A DNA stretch of 64,000 bases from Candidatus Poribacteria bacterium (lineage in GTDB: Bacteria > Poribacteria > WGA-4E > WGA-3G): contig OZ251518.1 of assembly GCA_965242965.1 (NCBI GenBank), forward strand, positions 3,424,001 to 3,488,000, in the 5' to 3' direction. Position numbers and translations under genes: made by a program. This document shows positions 1 to 9,548 of the stretch, in pieces. Every line of letters starts with the position of its first letter. Within the stretch, counting starts at the first letter, position 1. The notes below the pieces were generated by a model that saw only the letters and a program-made list of their open reading frames with translations, was not told the DNA's origin and did not search any database.

Positions 1-84
1 AGAGAGACGCAGAACACCTTAAACCGCGCTTACTGGAAGCATCAGTCCAAAGTCCAATTAAGTAAGGAGGCCATACGAAAAAAA

Positions 85-1362
85 ATGGCAAAGTTTACCA
101 AACCCGCCGGCACGAACGATTTTTTACCAGACCAGATGGTTCAACGAAATTTCGTTGAAAACGTCGTTCGTGAAACGTTTGAAGCATACGGATACGCACA
201 GGTGCAGACTCCGTTGTTTGAATCGTTCGCGCTGCTATCGGCGCAATCCGGCGAGGAAATCCGTCAAAAAATGTTTACGTTCGTCGGTTCGGACAGAGTG
301 GATTACGCGCTGCGTCCGGAACTGACAGCCCCCGTGTGCCGGCTCATCGCGAACGGCGAACTCCAAAACCTGCCGTATCCGTATAAACTCTACTACGTTG
401 GGCAGTGCGTCCGGCTAGAGACGGCATCGGCAAATCGCGAATTCCGGCAGGCAGGCGTTGAGCTCATCGGGGCGGCATCAGCTCTCGCGGATGCCGAAAT
501 CATCACGCTCCCTGTCCGCATCTTGGAAAAACTGAACATTCACAACACGAAACTGAAAATCGGCGCGCCCGGTATCTACCGGCAGATTTTAAAACAGGTT
601 CGCCTCCATCCGCGGGACCTCGGGGAAATCATCCTCGATTTGGACGTTATTTCACAAAGTCAGATGGAAGCATCGCCTAGCAACGTGGAAGAAACCTACA
701 CGGCGCGGTGGCACCGCCACCTTCAGGTGCCGGAGGACATCGCGCATCGGTGCATCGCCGTCTCACAGATTCGCGGCGATAAGGACGCGGTGATGGCGGC
801 ATGGGACACGCATCTCAAAGACATCGCTTGTGAAGCGAAGCAGGGACTCATCTCCCTCTGCGATGCACTGCACAATCACGACATCACCGATTTTGAGATA
901 GACCTCGGGCTCACGCGCGGGTTCGATTTCTACACCGGCAATGTCTTCCAAATTGAACTCGAGGAGCCGCAACTGCCCCTCTGTGGCGGCGGCAGATATG
1001 ACACGCTCATTGAATCGTTCGGCGGGCCATCGCTTCCCGGCGCGGGGTTTGCGTTCCAATTTGATTCGCTGGTGACAGCGTTTGCGCAAACAGAAAACGC
1101 CACAATTTCTGCGAAGCGCGATTACTTTATCGCGACAACATCGCCTGAACTCACGGGGGAAGCGCAACGTCTCGCCGAGAAATTGCGGCGCACAGGTAAA
1201 ATTGTAGAGGTAGACCTGATGGCGCGCGACGCTCAGGCCCAGCACGATTATGCCGTGCAAGCGAACTACACCTACATGCTGAACTTAACTCCCGCACAAC
1301 CGCTCCGACAGATTGAGTTGAAAACCGGTAAGGCAGATGTTGTCGCCGTTGAGGAGTTGTAG
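85..1362 (+). CDS. hisZ: ATP phosphoribosyltransferase regulatory subunit (HisRS-like)
   Basis: HisRS-like fold (PAGTNDFLP, LRPELTAPV, REFRQAGVELIG, GGGRYD). Motif 2 lacks the RPQKGR loop seen in the true hisS downstream. Lies directly upstream of a short-form hisG; AAGGAGG upstream. Confidence 0.8.
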   Translation: MAKFTKPAGTNDFLPDQMVQRNFVENVVRETFEAYGYAQVQTPLFESFALLSAQSGEEIRQKMFTFVGSDRVDYALRPELTAPVCRLIANGELQNLPYPYKLYYVGQCVRLETASANREFRQAGVELIGAASALADAEIITLPVRILEKLNIHNTKLKIGAPGIYRQILKQVRLHPRDLGEIILDLDVISQSQMEASPSNVEETYTARWHRHLQVPEDIAHRCIAVSQIRGDKDAVMAAWDTHLKDIACEAKQGLISLCDALHNHDITDFEIDLGLTRGFDFYTGNVFQIELEEPQLPLCGGGRYDTLIESFGGPSLPGAGFAFQFDSLVTAFAQTENATISAKRDYFIATTSPELTGEAQRLAEKLRRTGKIVEVDLMARDAQAQHDYAVQANYTYMLNLTPAQPLRQIELKTGKADVVAVEEL

Positions 1363-1382
1363 TCCCTTTATAGGTAATTTCA

Positions 1383-1479
1383 GTAGGAGGGACATCCCTG
1401 TCCCGATACAACGAATTTTGGTAGGAGGGACATCCCTGTCCCGATACACAACGCATCAAAACCGGGAGGACTCTCCTAC
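1383..1479. repeat. GTAG-type REP-like palindromes (GTAGGAGGGACATCCCTGTCCC x2 plus an inverted GTAGGAGAG-type copy)
   Basis: Direct copies at 1383 and 1421; inverted related copy ending CTCCTAC at 1479. Confidence 0.8.
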
Positions 1480-1528
1480 TGACAGCGTTCGGGAACGAAA
1501 TGTTTCTGATGAAAAAGGAAAACCGATT

Positions 1529-2365
1529 ATGCAATCGCAATTGAAAGCGCGCGGGGGACAGGCCCCCGCGCTAAAGAAACTGAACCTACTTTTGCCCAAA
1601 GGCAGCCTGCAGGGTGAAACGCTTGAAATGTTGCAACGCGCCGGCTACGAAGTCAACGGCTATAGCGAGACAGACAGACTGTATCGGGCGACGTTCCGCA
1701 ACGACAGCGAGCTGCAAATCAAGATATCGCGCCCACAGGAGATTCCTGTCTACGTCGGAATGGACGATTTCTATGACATCGGCATCACCGGACAAGATTG
1801 GACGGAGGAGGCAGACGCGGCGGTTGAAGAAATCTTGCCGCTGGAATACGGACGCATCGACATCGTGCTGGCGGTGCGCCAAGAACGCGATGACATCAAC
1901 ACGTTTGAAGACTTGATGCATCTCGCCGATGCCAGCGTGCCCGGTGCCAGCGCGGTTTCAAACCGCATCCGCATCTCCACCGAATATCTCAACATCGCCG
2001 AGAAATACATCCTTGAGAAGACAGAGAACCAGATCGCCCCGGCTATCCTGACCCCGTGGAAGCGGCTCAATACGCGAGGCAGCTATCAGTCACCTATCAC
2101 GCTGATGCTTTCCTTCGGCGCGACAGAAGGGAAGCCACCGGAAGAGGCGGATGCTATTATTGATAATTCCACCTCGTCCCGGCGGACGCTCATGGCGAAT
2201 GAACTCAAGGTAATCGAGCTGCTGCGGGAATCTGAATCAACCCTGATTGCGAATCCAAAGTCGCTGCGCGACCCGTGGAAAGGCGCGAAGATTCAGGAAT
2301 TCAAGCAGACGCTAGAAAAAGGACTGCGCCGGCGGCGGAGTCAAACCTTGACTGGCCACATATAA
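1529..2365 (+). CDS. hisG: ATP phosphoribosyltransferase, short form
   Basis: LPKGSL, RPQEIPVYV, DIGITGQDW, GATEGKPPEEADAIID motifs; no C-terminal ACT domain. Start moved to ATG 1529 (AAGGA upstream). Confidence 0.9.
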   Translation: MQSQLKARGGQAPALKKLNLLLPKGSLQGETLEMLQRAGYEVNGYSETDRLYRATFRNDSELQIKISRPQEIPVYVGMDDFYDIGITGQDWTEEADAAVEEILPLEYGRIDIVLAVRQERDDINTFEDLMHLADASVPGASAVSNRIRISTEYLNIAEKYILEKTENQIAPAILTPWKRLNTRGSYQSPITLMLSFGATEGKPPEEADAIIDNSTSSRRTLMANELKVIELLRESESTLIANPKSLRDPWKGAKIQEFKQTLEKGLRRRRSQTLTGHI

Positions 2366-2385
2366 TCATCGCCTTATCCATCTCT

Positions 2386-2439
2386 GTAGTTCGGGAGCAC
2401 CCGCTCCCGAACGTTCAAGATCAGGCGAGCTTGAACTAC
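2386..2439. repeat. GTAGTTCGGGA...GAACTAC REP doublet
   Basis: Same family recurs near 20940-20975, 25893, 26490, 26769-26825, 38624 and 43698. Confidence 0.8.
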
Positions 2440-2466
2440 AGAACTTTCGTAATAAGGAGGCACCCC

Positions 2467-3804
2467 ATGGCAACCTTTATCAAACCGCGTGTGCCGCGCG
2501 GGATGCGAGACATCTTACCCGAACAGATGCTCCGCCGGCACTACGTCATCAATACCGTTCAGGCCGTCTTCGAGGAATTCGGGTTTGAACCGCTACAAAC
2601 GCCCGCGTTGGAACTCTCCGAAGTGCTGATGGGCAAATACGGAGCGGATGCCGAAAAACTTATCTATCAGGCAGGACACAGCGGTGGGAAGGAGAACATC
2701 TCCCTTCGCTATGATCTGTCCGTACCGCTCTGCCGCGTCATCGCCATGTATCCGCAACTGCCGAAACCGTTCAAGCGATACCAGATCGATCCGGTTTGGC
2801 GCGCCGAACGGCCACAGAAGGGACGCTATCGCCAATTCTATCAATGCGATGCCGATACCGTTGGGAGTGAGAGCATGCTAGCAGACGCGGAGAATGTCAG
2901 CCTTATCTATCACGTGCTGTCGCGCCTCGGTTTCAAGCAGTTCAAGATTAATATCAACGACCGGAAACTCATCACCGGCATCGGGCAATTCGCCGGCGTG
3001 CCAGCGGAACAACTCGGCGGCCTCTATCGTTCCATCGATAAATTGGACAAGATCGGGTTGGCCGGGGTGCGGGAGGAATTGCGTCAAAACGAAATTCCGG
3101 AATCTGTTATCGTGAAGCTGCTGACGCTGCTCCAAATTGAGGGAGATGCAGAGACGGTGCTCGGTGAACTGGGTGAGCAACTCGGCGATTCCGAGGCGGC
3201 GCGGGAAGGCATCGTTGAGTTGACTGAACTCATCGGCTACCTCACGATGCTCGGCGTGCCCGAAGAGTGTTATCGGGTGAACGTAGCGATGGTGCGCGGG
3301 TTGGAATACTACACCGGTCCGATTTATGAAACCGTCGTCGAAGAACCGAAAATCGGGAGCATCACCGGCGGCGGTAGATACGATGAACTCATCGGAAGTT
3401 TCAGCAAGCAGAACTATCCCGCCACCGGCACCAGCTTCGGCATTGAACGGATTATTGACGTGATGGAGGCGTTTGACATGTTTCCGCCTTCCATCGGCAA
3501 AACGGTGACAGACGTGTTGGTATCCGTTTTTGACGACGAGTTGATGCCGGCATCGCTGAAGTTAGCGACGCTTTTGCGTCAAAACGGCGTGCGCACTGAG
3601 GTTTATTTCCGGCCCGCCCGGATGAGCGCGCAGATAAAATATGCGGATAACCGAGGTATCCCTTACGTTGCCATCCTCGGTTCTGACGAAGTGGAGTCTG
3701 GGACAGTTGCGATTCGGAATCTTGCGACTCGGGAGCAGCAGAGCGTGGCGCGGGAGGAGGTTGTTGCGCGGATTCAGGAGGCGTTGCGGGGTTCTAGAAC
3801 GTAG
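2467..3804 (+). CDS. hisS: histidine--tRNA ligase
   Basis: PRGMRDILP, LRYDLSVPL, WRAERPQKGRYRQFYQCDAD, RGLEYYTG, GGGRYD and a C-terminal anticodon domain; AAGGAGG before ATG 2467. Confidence 0.95.
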   Translation: MATFIKPRVPRGMRDILPEQMLRRHYVINTVQAVFEEFGFEPLQTPALELSEVLMGKYGADAEKLIYQAGHSGGKENISLRYDLSVPLCRVIAMYPQLPKPFKRYQIDPVWRAERPQKGRYRQFYQCDADTVGSESMLADAENVSLIYHVLSRLGFKQFKININDRKLITGIGQFAGVPAEQLGGLYRSIDKLDKIGLAGVREELRQNEIPESVIVKLLTLLQIEGDAETVLGELGEQLGDSEAAREGIVELTELIGYLTMLGVPEECYRVNVAMVRGLEYYTGPIYETVVEEPKIGSITGGGRYDELIGSFSKQNYPATGTSFGIERIIDVMEAFDMFPPSIGKTVTDVLVSVFDDELMPASLKLATLLRQNGVRTEVYFRPARMSAQIKYADNRGIPYVAILGSDEVESGTVAIRNLATREQQSVAREEVVARIQEALRGSRT

Positions 3805-3910
3805 GGCGTGGGCCTGCCCCCCGCGAGCCTAAAGGAGGCGAGGGACAGGCCCCCGCCCTACGGTATCAAGGACAAGCGGCGTGGCGAGGGACAGGCCCTC
3901 GCCCTACGGT
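3801..3910. repeat. REP cluster (GTAGGGCGAGGGCCTGTCCCTCGCC family)
   Basis: Inverted GTAG/CTAC-ended palindromes between convergent genes; the first GTAG contains the hisS TAG stop. Confidence 0.85.
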
Positions 3911-3911
3911 A

Positions 3912-4250
3912 TCACGGACGGTTCGCAGTTTCGCGATTCTCGCTGGCGTATCTGAGGAATTCCAGATCCAGCAGCAGCGGCGCGGCCTCATCCAATTCAA
4001 AACAGAGCTCCTGCAAATCCGCAAGCATCCCATCTAAATCGGAGTCAACCTGGCGATATGCCTGTTGCGCACTATCCGGCTCATACCCCGATTTCCTGAG
4101 GAAATACGAGGTGCACAACCAGACGCTCACCAACACGATAAGCATTGTCCCACCGAAGATGATAGCGATGATAGCGACGACCGCGGCCAGCATTTTAACG
4201 ATGAAGAAGAGCATCACCGCGAGGAAAATGACGAGCAGTAGCAGTCCCAT
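3912..4250 (-). CDS. small membrane protein with C-terminal coiled coil (PspB-like architecture)
   Basis: Hydrophobic N-half; shares IIAIIFG...VW..TSY...K.G with the upstream gene; GGAGG SD. Confidence 0.6.
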   Translation of the reverse strand: MGLLLLVIFLAVMLFFIVKMLAAVVAIIAIIFGGTMLIVLVSVWLCTSYFLRKSGYEPDSAQQAYRQVDSDLDGMLADLQELCFELDEAAPLLLDLEFLRYASENRETANRP

Positions 4251-4264
4251 GCGATGTCCCTCCT

Positions 4265-4501
4265 TTACTCACCGCCGCTTTTGGCGATTTTGATGAGGCG
4301 TTTCACCTCTTGCCTGAGGTTCACGACTTCTTCCTGAACGCGGGCGAGTTTTTGCTGGAGTGCCTCTATCTCGCGTTGCGACGCGCCTTTTGTTAAGCCG
4401 CGTTTCTTTGCAGAGTAGGATGTCCCCATCCACACGCATCCGAGCGTCGTCACGGTAACACTGCCAAAAATAATGGCAATAATGAAAATGATTTGTGACA
4501 T
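4265..4501 (-). CDS. small membrane protein with coiled coil (PspB-like architecture)
   Basis: One TM segment followed by a heptad-rich helix; AAGGAGG SD. Confidence 0.65.
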   Translation of the reverse strand: MSQIIFIIAIIFGSVTVTTLGCVWMGTSYSAKKRGLTKGASQREIEALQQKLARVQEEVVNLRQEVKRLIKIAKSGGE

Positions 4502-4540
4502 GCCAAATCCTCCTTTTTTCTATCTGAACTACGTAGACTC

Positions 4541-4578
4541 AACCGGGTAAGCGCGGTTTAAACAGCGCGCCTACCGGG
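4541..4578. repeat. GTA(G/A)GCGCGGTTT..CGCGCCTAC palindrome (REP/terminator-like)
   Basis: Related copies at about 17-37 and 17891-17921. Confidence 0.65.
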
Positions 4579-4642
4579 TTATTTTGTTTCCTATGAGATA
4601 GAGTCTTCTGGACGCGAAAAGGATAGAAAAAAATGAGCCTAA

Positions 4643-6064
4643 CTAAAAATGCCTGCGGCTCTTCGGACTTTCACACAACTCACACACCAATTGCTCCAGA
4701 ATGCAGGTTGCATCAAGTTGACTCGTTTTCAATTGCGTGTCCACTTCCAAGGTTTTTTCCAGCGCGGTCATGAGTTCCTCAACTTTGAAAGCGTGGAGCG
4801 TCTGAAAAATTTTGTAGGCGGCGTAGGGACGCTGCTTCAGAACGTTCGTATCGGCTGCTGTCGGGAGTAAATCCGCCATTTCTTGGGAGAGCGGTTTAAA
4901 AACGTCGCTGACAAACCTATCAAACTGCATCCTGCGTCCTATCTGGCTCCGGTTCGCTTTCTCGACAATGAGTTTCGCTTGCAGGGACAGGCGGAGTTGG
5001 CGGATAATCAGCGTGTTCACCTTAATATGCGGCTCACCGCTGGCCAGCACTTCGTGAAGGCTTTTTAACGCCTGCGCCACCGAACGCCGCCCGATGGCAT
5101 CGGTGAGGTGAAAAATGTTGTCAAACGTATTCTGCGTCACCATGTTCCGCACATCCTGTTCGTCAATCTGGTGTTTATCGCCGACAAAATTGACGATTTT
5201 GTTGATGGACTCGGCGATGGTGTGCATGTCACCGCCGGTGCGGGAACGGAGCTGCAGATAGGCGCGCGGGGTTATCTGCTTATCAAATGCCTCAAACTTC
5301 TCTACAACCTTTTTATACAGCGGGTCGCGGGGCGAAACGCCGCCACCTGCAGGCGCGCCAGAAAACGGTTGGAAGGAGACATAGCGTCCTACCTCTTGAA
5401 TCTTCTTGACGATGCGGTTCCGTTCGTTGACAACCCCTGGCACCGTTAACACTAACACGCTCGTCTTCGGAAGTTCGCTTTGCAGCCATTCAAACAGCAA
5501 TTCTGCATCGTCGGCAGCACCGGCATCCGCTGGAGAAACATCCACTTTCTCGGCAATTCGCGGCAGCCTCTCAAGGAACGCGCGCTCGTCTGCGGTTAAT
5601 TTATCACCAACCTCTTCAATTACTGCCTCAACAGCGTTTGTGAAATCAGCGTGGCGTTCGGCGATTTGTTGCGGTGTTACCCCTAGGCATTTCGTCACCG
5701 TGGTGATACACTTTCCGGCATCCTCGTTTTCTAGTTTGATGGCATCGCGAATGAGCGTTGTCGGCGTTGCACGCCGCTGCGTCTTGAAAACTGGCGAGTC
5801 GCGCACGACGACAACCCGCCAGTCCGACATAACAGGATAGAGGGACACCTGGCTCAGGATTTCCCGCGTTGTGACAGCGGTGCCATCAAGAAAGGAGAGG
5901 TTGAAATCGCGCGTGTCAGGCGTTAGCAGCGTATCTAACATCTGCTTGAGCGTCCCCTCGATGAGGAAACTCTCCTCGCCACAGAGCAGGTAGACAGGCT
6001 TTACCTTGTTTGATTGGATTTCGCGCAAAATATTGGGGGGTTTGTTTTCCGTTTTCTGTCTCAT
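4643..6064 (-). CDS. holA: DNA polymerase III subunit delta
   Basis: PVYLLCGEESFLI, DFNLSFLDG, NIFHLTDAIG and C-terminal D..LKTS..D...LEQL motifs; carries an extra internal helical segment. Confidence 0.85.
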   Translation of the reverse strand: MRQKTENKPPNILREIQSNKVKPVYLLCGEESFLIEGTLKQMLDTLLTPDTRDFNLSFLDGTAVTTREILSQVSLYPVMSDWRVVVVRDSPVFKTQRRATPTTLIRDAIKLENEDAGKCITTVTKCLGVTPQQIAERHADFTNAVEAVIEEVGDKLTADERAFLERLPRIAEKVDVSPADAGAADDAELLFEWLQSELPKTSVLVLTVPGVVNERNRIVKKIQEVGRYVSFQPFSGAPAGGGVSPRDPLYKKVVEKFEAFDKQITPRAYLQLRSRTGGDMHTIAESINKIVNFVGDKHQIDEQDVRNMVTQNTFDNIFHLTDAIGRRSVAQALKSLHEVLASGEPHIKVNTLIIRQLRLSLQAKLIVEKANRSQIGRRMQFDRFVSDVFKPLSQEMADLLPTAADTNVLKQRPYAAYKIFQTLHAFKVEELMTALEKTLEVDTQLKTSQLDATCILEQLVCELCESPKSRRHF

Positions 6065-6276
6065 TGCGGCAAACTGCCGCCACTAGGGAGGGCTCAGGTT
6101 GAGCCTTCCGTGGCAGCCTCCTTTTGGGTCCCCGCGGTTGCAAAAGCGGAGAAGCGTTTCTTTGGGTTTAGCGCGCCGCATCGCGGGCATTCAGGCGATG
6201 TGTCGGCATCACTGGCACGGCGCAGCATTTCAAACTGCGTTGTGCATGCGTAGCACTCGTATTCAAAAATTGGCAT
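6061..6276 (-). CDS. FmdB-family zinc-ribbon protein, probable selenoprotein (in-frame UGA at 6096-6094)
   Basis: MPIFEYEC..C...CPRCG. Conventional stop is TGA 6094; read-through adds U-ALPSGGSLPQ and ends in an ATGA overlap with holA. Confidence 0.8.
6066..6080 (-). promoter_or_regulatory. putative bacterial SECIS hairpin
   Basis: GCGGCA-GTT-TGCCGC stem-loop starting 13 nt after the UGA, with G at the start of the loop. Confidence 0.55.
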
Positions 6277-6392
6277 CGTTTTCCTCATCGTGCTGTGGAG
6301 CGAGAGCACGCGCTCCCACTCCACAGAAATTCATCGGAGCCCCAGGACGCGTTTCGGCGTAACCGGGCAACCGAGCGTTATTCCAGGGGAAC

Positions 6393-6836
6393 TTATGGCG
6401 AAGTCGGCGGCGGTTCATGAAAAGGGATACCGCCTGCCTCTGCCGTCATCCGCCGGGTGTTCCACTCTGCCCACACCCGGTCTCGCTCGGCAGCGACTTC
6501 CGCAGTGACTTCCGCAGTGACTTCCTTCACGATTTCCCTGATTTGTTTTTCCTGTTCCCTCTTGTAGAGGTTCCACAGTATCATAAGAACAGACCCTCCG
6601 AGTTCAAAAAACAGCGTTAAAACGAAAGCCACCGAAATAAATTCGGCAACATGGCCTACGATGGCGATTATCGTTTCAACAGAATTTTCCCTGCCTTTCG
6701 CGAGCTCATATTCGCCTACCATCCAGGTATAACTCGCTACCAACGCAAGGAAAAAAATAATATCCGCGAGAAACGTCCCCCGCATGAAACTGAATACAGG
6801 CACTCGTTTCTCTATCAGGTACCTATCTTTTTTCAT
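6393..6836 (-). CDS. hypothetical membrane protein
   Basis: Two TM segments, EVTA tandem 12-bp repeats, C-terminal W..WN.RR..AEA.G.PF.EPPP tail. Confidence 0.65.
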   Translation of the reverse strand: MKKDRYLIEKRVPVFSFMRGTFLADIIFFLALVASYTWMVGEYELAKGRENSVETIIAIVGHVAEFISVAFVLTLFFELGGSVLMILWNLYKREQEKQIREIVKEVTAEVTAEVAAERDRVWAEWNTRRMTAEAGGIPFHEPPPTSP

Positions 6837-7049
6837 TTAGATTTTCCTGTAACGGCACGCGCAAACCGCTTATGTGGTAACACGTTTAAGCAGCTCGCAC
6901 GCTATACTTAAGTATCACATATTCTGCGCGAGCAATCCCAATGCCGCGCCATTTCCAAAACGACTTCGCCTTTCAATAACGCCCAACACCGCAAGACGAA
7001 GGATAGGTTTTCCCACGTCCTACGGGAAGGCGAAGTCAAAATCCACGCG

Positions 7050-9467
7050 CTAAGCATTCACCGGCCGGATAATCACCGTCACCTTCGTGCCTTGTGGTGG
7101 AATGACATCCGTGTTGACACGGTAGGTGTTATCATCGGTACCGGTAGGAAGCGGATGATTGAAAAGCGCGTCCGGATCCCGATAGACAGCGATGATGTTA
7201 TGAAACAGCTGCGCTGTCAACTGATTGTTGATAATTCTCGCTGTGAAAACCCACGGTGTTTCTTGCATCGGACGCTCTTGGAAGGCGTTCCATAACAACT
7301 GCTCCGCGCGGTGCGAGACAACCTCATCACCGCGTTCCCATTCTACCCAGATTTCAACGCGGGAACCCTCCGGCTGTCGAGTATCACCTTCTTCAACAAG
7401 ATTCATGCCATACTCAAAATCGTTTATACCGAGTGCGGTGAACATATAGAACGGCTCAGCGTGAAGGATCAGCACACTCTCGTGCGTTTTGCCCAACTTA
7501 CCGCACGCGAAGAATTCGATATTGGCATCCGCACCGACAATGTTAATCTCGCCCGGCACACGAACCTCCCGATTGTTGGTATCCACAGTGACATTGCCCA
7601 GTTGATAAAGGTTCTCACCAATCTTCTGAGGCTTCGCCAACTGCGCGTCTGTCGCAGACGTGGATTGCGGATAGACGGTGAGGGTTTCAGAGACACGCGG
7701 CCGGATATGGAACCCCTCCGTTACCACTCCCGCCGCTGTCTCTATTCGTGCCGCGATAGTTACGTCACCCGCTACCGTAGGCACCCAGTCAGCGGATATC
7801 GATGTCTCACCGAGGGTGGAAGTCCAAAGCACCTCTGTGGTTGCTACTTCCACATCATCGGCATAAAAGCCGACGTTAAGAATGCCATCAAAAGGCGTTC
7901 CAGTATTTCGGAGCGTTGCGCTGAGCCGCACCGCCTCGCCGACGCGCGGTGCCGGCGGCGAGAACCGCAGGCTCCGCGGCACGATACCGATATTCGGTTG
8001 CGTTGGCCCGACAAGCGCGCGGCTTAAGGACATCACAGCGAAGCATGTCGCCAAAAAATCGCCCTCCGCGCCTTGCCATTTGCCATCTGGCTCCTGACGT
8101 GCTACCATCATGCCAGCTATTTCATCATACCACGCGTGCCCGGCAAGCGTCTCCTGCATCGGCGGGATGTCGCAGAACCGCTGCAACGAAAGAAGATAGT
8201 AGTAAAGCCACGAATTAGAACCGGGATTGCGCGTCAATGTCCAATGCTTTTTCAGCCACGCGACACCCTTTTGAATCTGCCGGTCTTCGACAGAGACACC
8301 GCATGCGCGAAGGGCCCATAACCCCGTAGCTGTCATGCTGCCATAGACACCTATCGCCCACGGGGAGCCGTCGTCAACGAGATTATAGAGCCAGCCGCCG
8401 GTCTCGGTTTGGTTTCGGCGGACCCACTTTTCGGCGCGTTCCCATGTCTGCTGCGGAATCTCAAGGCCCGCCTGTTTTGCGGCGTAAAGCGCGTAGAGCA
8501 CCATGTTCATGTGCGCGCCATCGGCGGTGTAGCCGTAGCCCCAGCCGCCATCATCCCTCGGGTCGGTAAATGCGCTATCCTTTACCGGCAGCTGCTTTTT
8601 GACGAGTTGGTTCACGGCAAACTGCGCGCGCTCCCAGTAGGCAGCATCCTGGGATGCCAATAAAACCGGGACGACTACGGCGTAGTGGTAGACAGAAAAC
8701 CCATTCCAATCCTGTCCCAACAGAAACGTGAGCCCTTTTTCGACAGCCGGGGAATCGAGTGTCCGTCCAGCACCGAGGAGTGCCTGCAACGCTAAGGAAG
8801 TCTCCTGCGTTCTATCTTCGCCGAAATTCCACGCGGCACCCGGCACAACATTCTCTCCTAACCCCTTCAGGCTCGCGGCGCAAGTAATGCAAGACAGAAT
8901 CATTTGGTTTTTAGTGCCGCATTGCAGACAGGTGCGGCTATGTTTGCCCTGCTGCGCTTCTATCCACGCGACACCTCTGGCTATTGCGTTTTCGATTTGC
9001 GCCGGTGTGGCAGGCGGAAATGTCACTGCCTCGGCGACAATCGTGGTATGCGCAATGTTATTGCTATCGTCAGCCTCCTGAATATGCGTATCGCCATGAG
9101 GATTGACGATAGCATAAATCTCGGTTTGTCCGGGGGGTGGCTGCCATCGCGTTTTCACGCGCCTAGATTGTCCCGGTTTCAACTCAATAATGACATCCCT
9201 GCATACAATTTGGAGAGGTTGCGAATGCCTCGGGTCACCTTCATAAAGGTTAACTCCCAGGTCTTCGTTCATCGTCGGGGTGGCATCCCCAACGTTTTCC
9301 ACGCGCACCCAAATCATCACCTCTTCCCCTTCAACGGGTGTCGGATTAGAAAAGGTGATGCTATCGGGAGTGACGCGAAAATCCGGGAGTTGCGCGACTG
9401 CGCCATCGGAAAGCCACCCGACGACAGCAATAAAAATGGCAACGCAAGAAAGGCTGTGCCTCATCAT
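7050..9467 (-). CDS. secreted multidomain protein: CARDB/Ig + prenyltransferase/squalene-oxidase-repeat barrel + Ig + YdjY-like domain
   Basis: Signal peptide; IQEADDSNN CARDB end; Q..DGGWGY/QTETGGWLY/QEPDGKW repeats; IEFFAC...GKTHESVL YdjY-like motif; GGAGG before ATG 9467. Confidence 0.7.
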   Translation of the reverse strand: MMRHSLSCVAIFIAVVGWLSDGAVAQLPDFRVTPDSITFSNPTPVEGEEVMIWVRVENVGDATPTMNEDLGVNLYEGDPRHSQPLQIVCRDVIIELKPGQSRRVKTRWQPPPGQTEIYAIVNPHGDTHIQEADDSNNIAHTTIVAEAVTFPPATPAQIENAIARGVAWIEAQQGKHSRTCLQCGTKNQMILSCITCAASLKGLGENVVPGAAWNFGEDRTQETSLALQALLGAGRTLDSPAVEKGLTFLLGQDWNGFSVYHYAVVVPVLLASQDAAYWERAQFAVNQLVKKQLPVKDSAFTDPRDDGGWGYGYTADGAHMNMVLYALYAAKQAGLEIPQQTWERAEKWVRRNQTETGGWLYNLVDDGSPWAIGVYGSMTATGLWALRACGVSVEDRQIQKGVAWLKKHWTLTRNPGSNSWLYYYLLSLQRFCDIPPMQETLAGHAWYDEIAGMMVARQEPDGKWQGAEGDFLATCFAVMSLSRALVGPTQPNIGIVPRSLRFSPPAPRVGEAVRLSATLRNTGTPFDGILNVGFYADDVEVATTEVLWTSTLGETSISADWVPTVAGDVTIAARIETAAGVVTEGFHIRPRVSETLTVYPQSTSATDAQLAKPQKIGENLYQLGNVTVDTNNREVRVPGEINIVGADANIEFFACGKLGKTHESVLILHAEPFYMFTALGINDFEYGMNLVEEGDTRQPEGSRVEIWVEWERGDEVVSHRAEQLLWNAFQERPMQETPWVFTARIINNQLTAQLFHNIIAVYRDPDALFNHPLPTGTDDNTYRVNTDVIPPQGTKVTVIIRPVNA

Positions 9468-9548
9468 GATAGTTACCTCCTTCTTACAATTAGACGTTCG
9501 CGAAACGGCGCGCTCTGGTGCTCTTGCCCTACAGAGAGTCATTGGGTA

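Noticed and set aside
1337-1528. Long N-terminal extensions in the ORF track (hisG, hisS, argF, sulfatase, gyrA, BNR protein, lipoprotein)
   Set aside because: They run through repeats or promoters; better SD-led starts coincide with the start of family homology.
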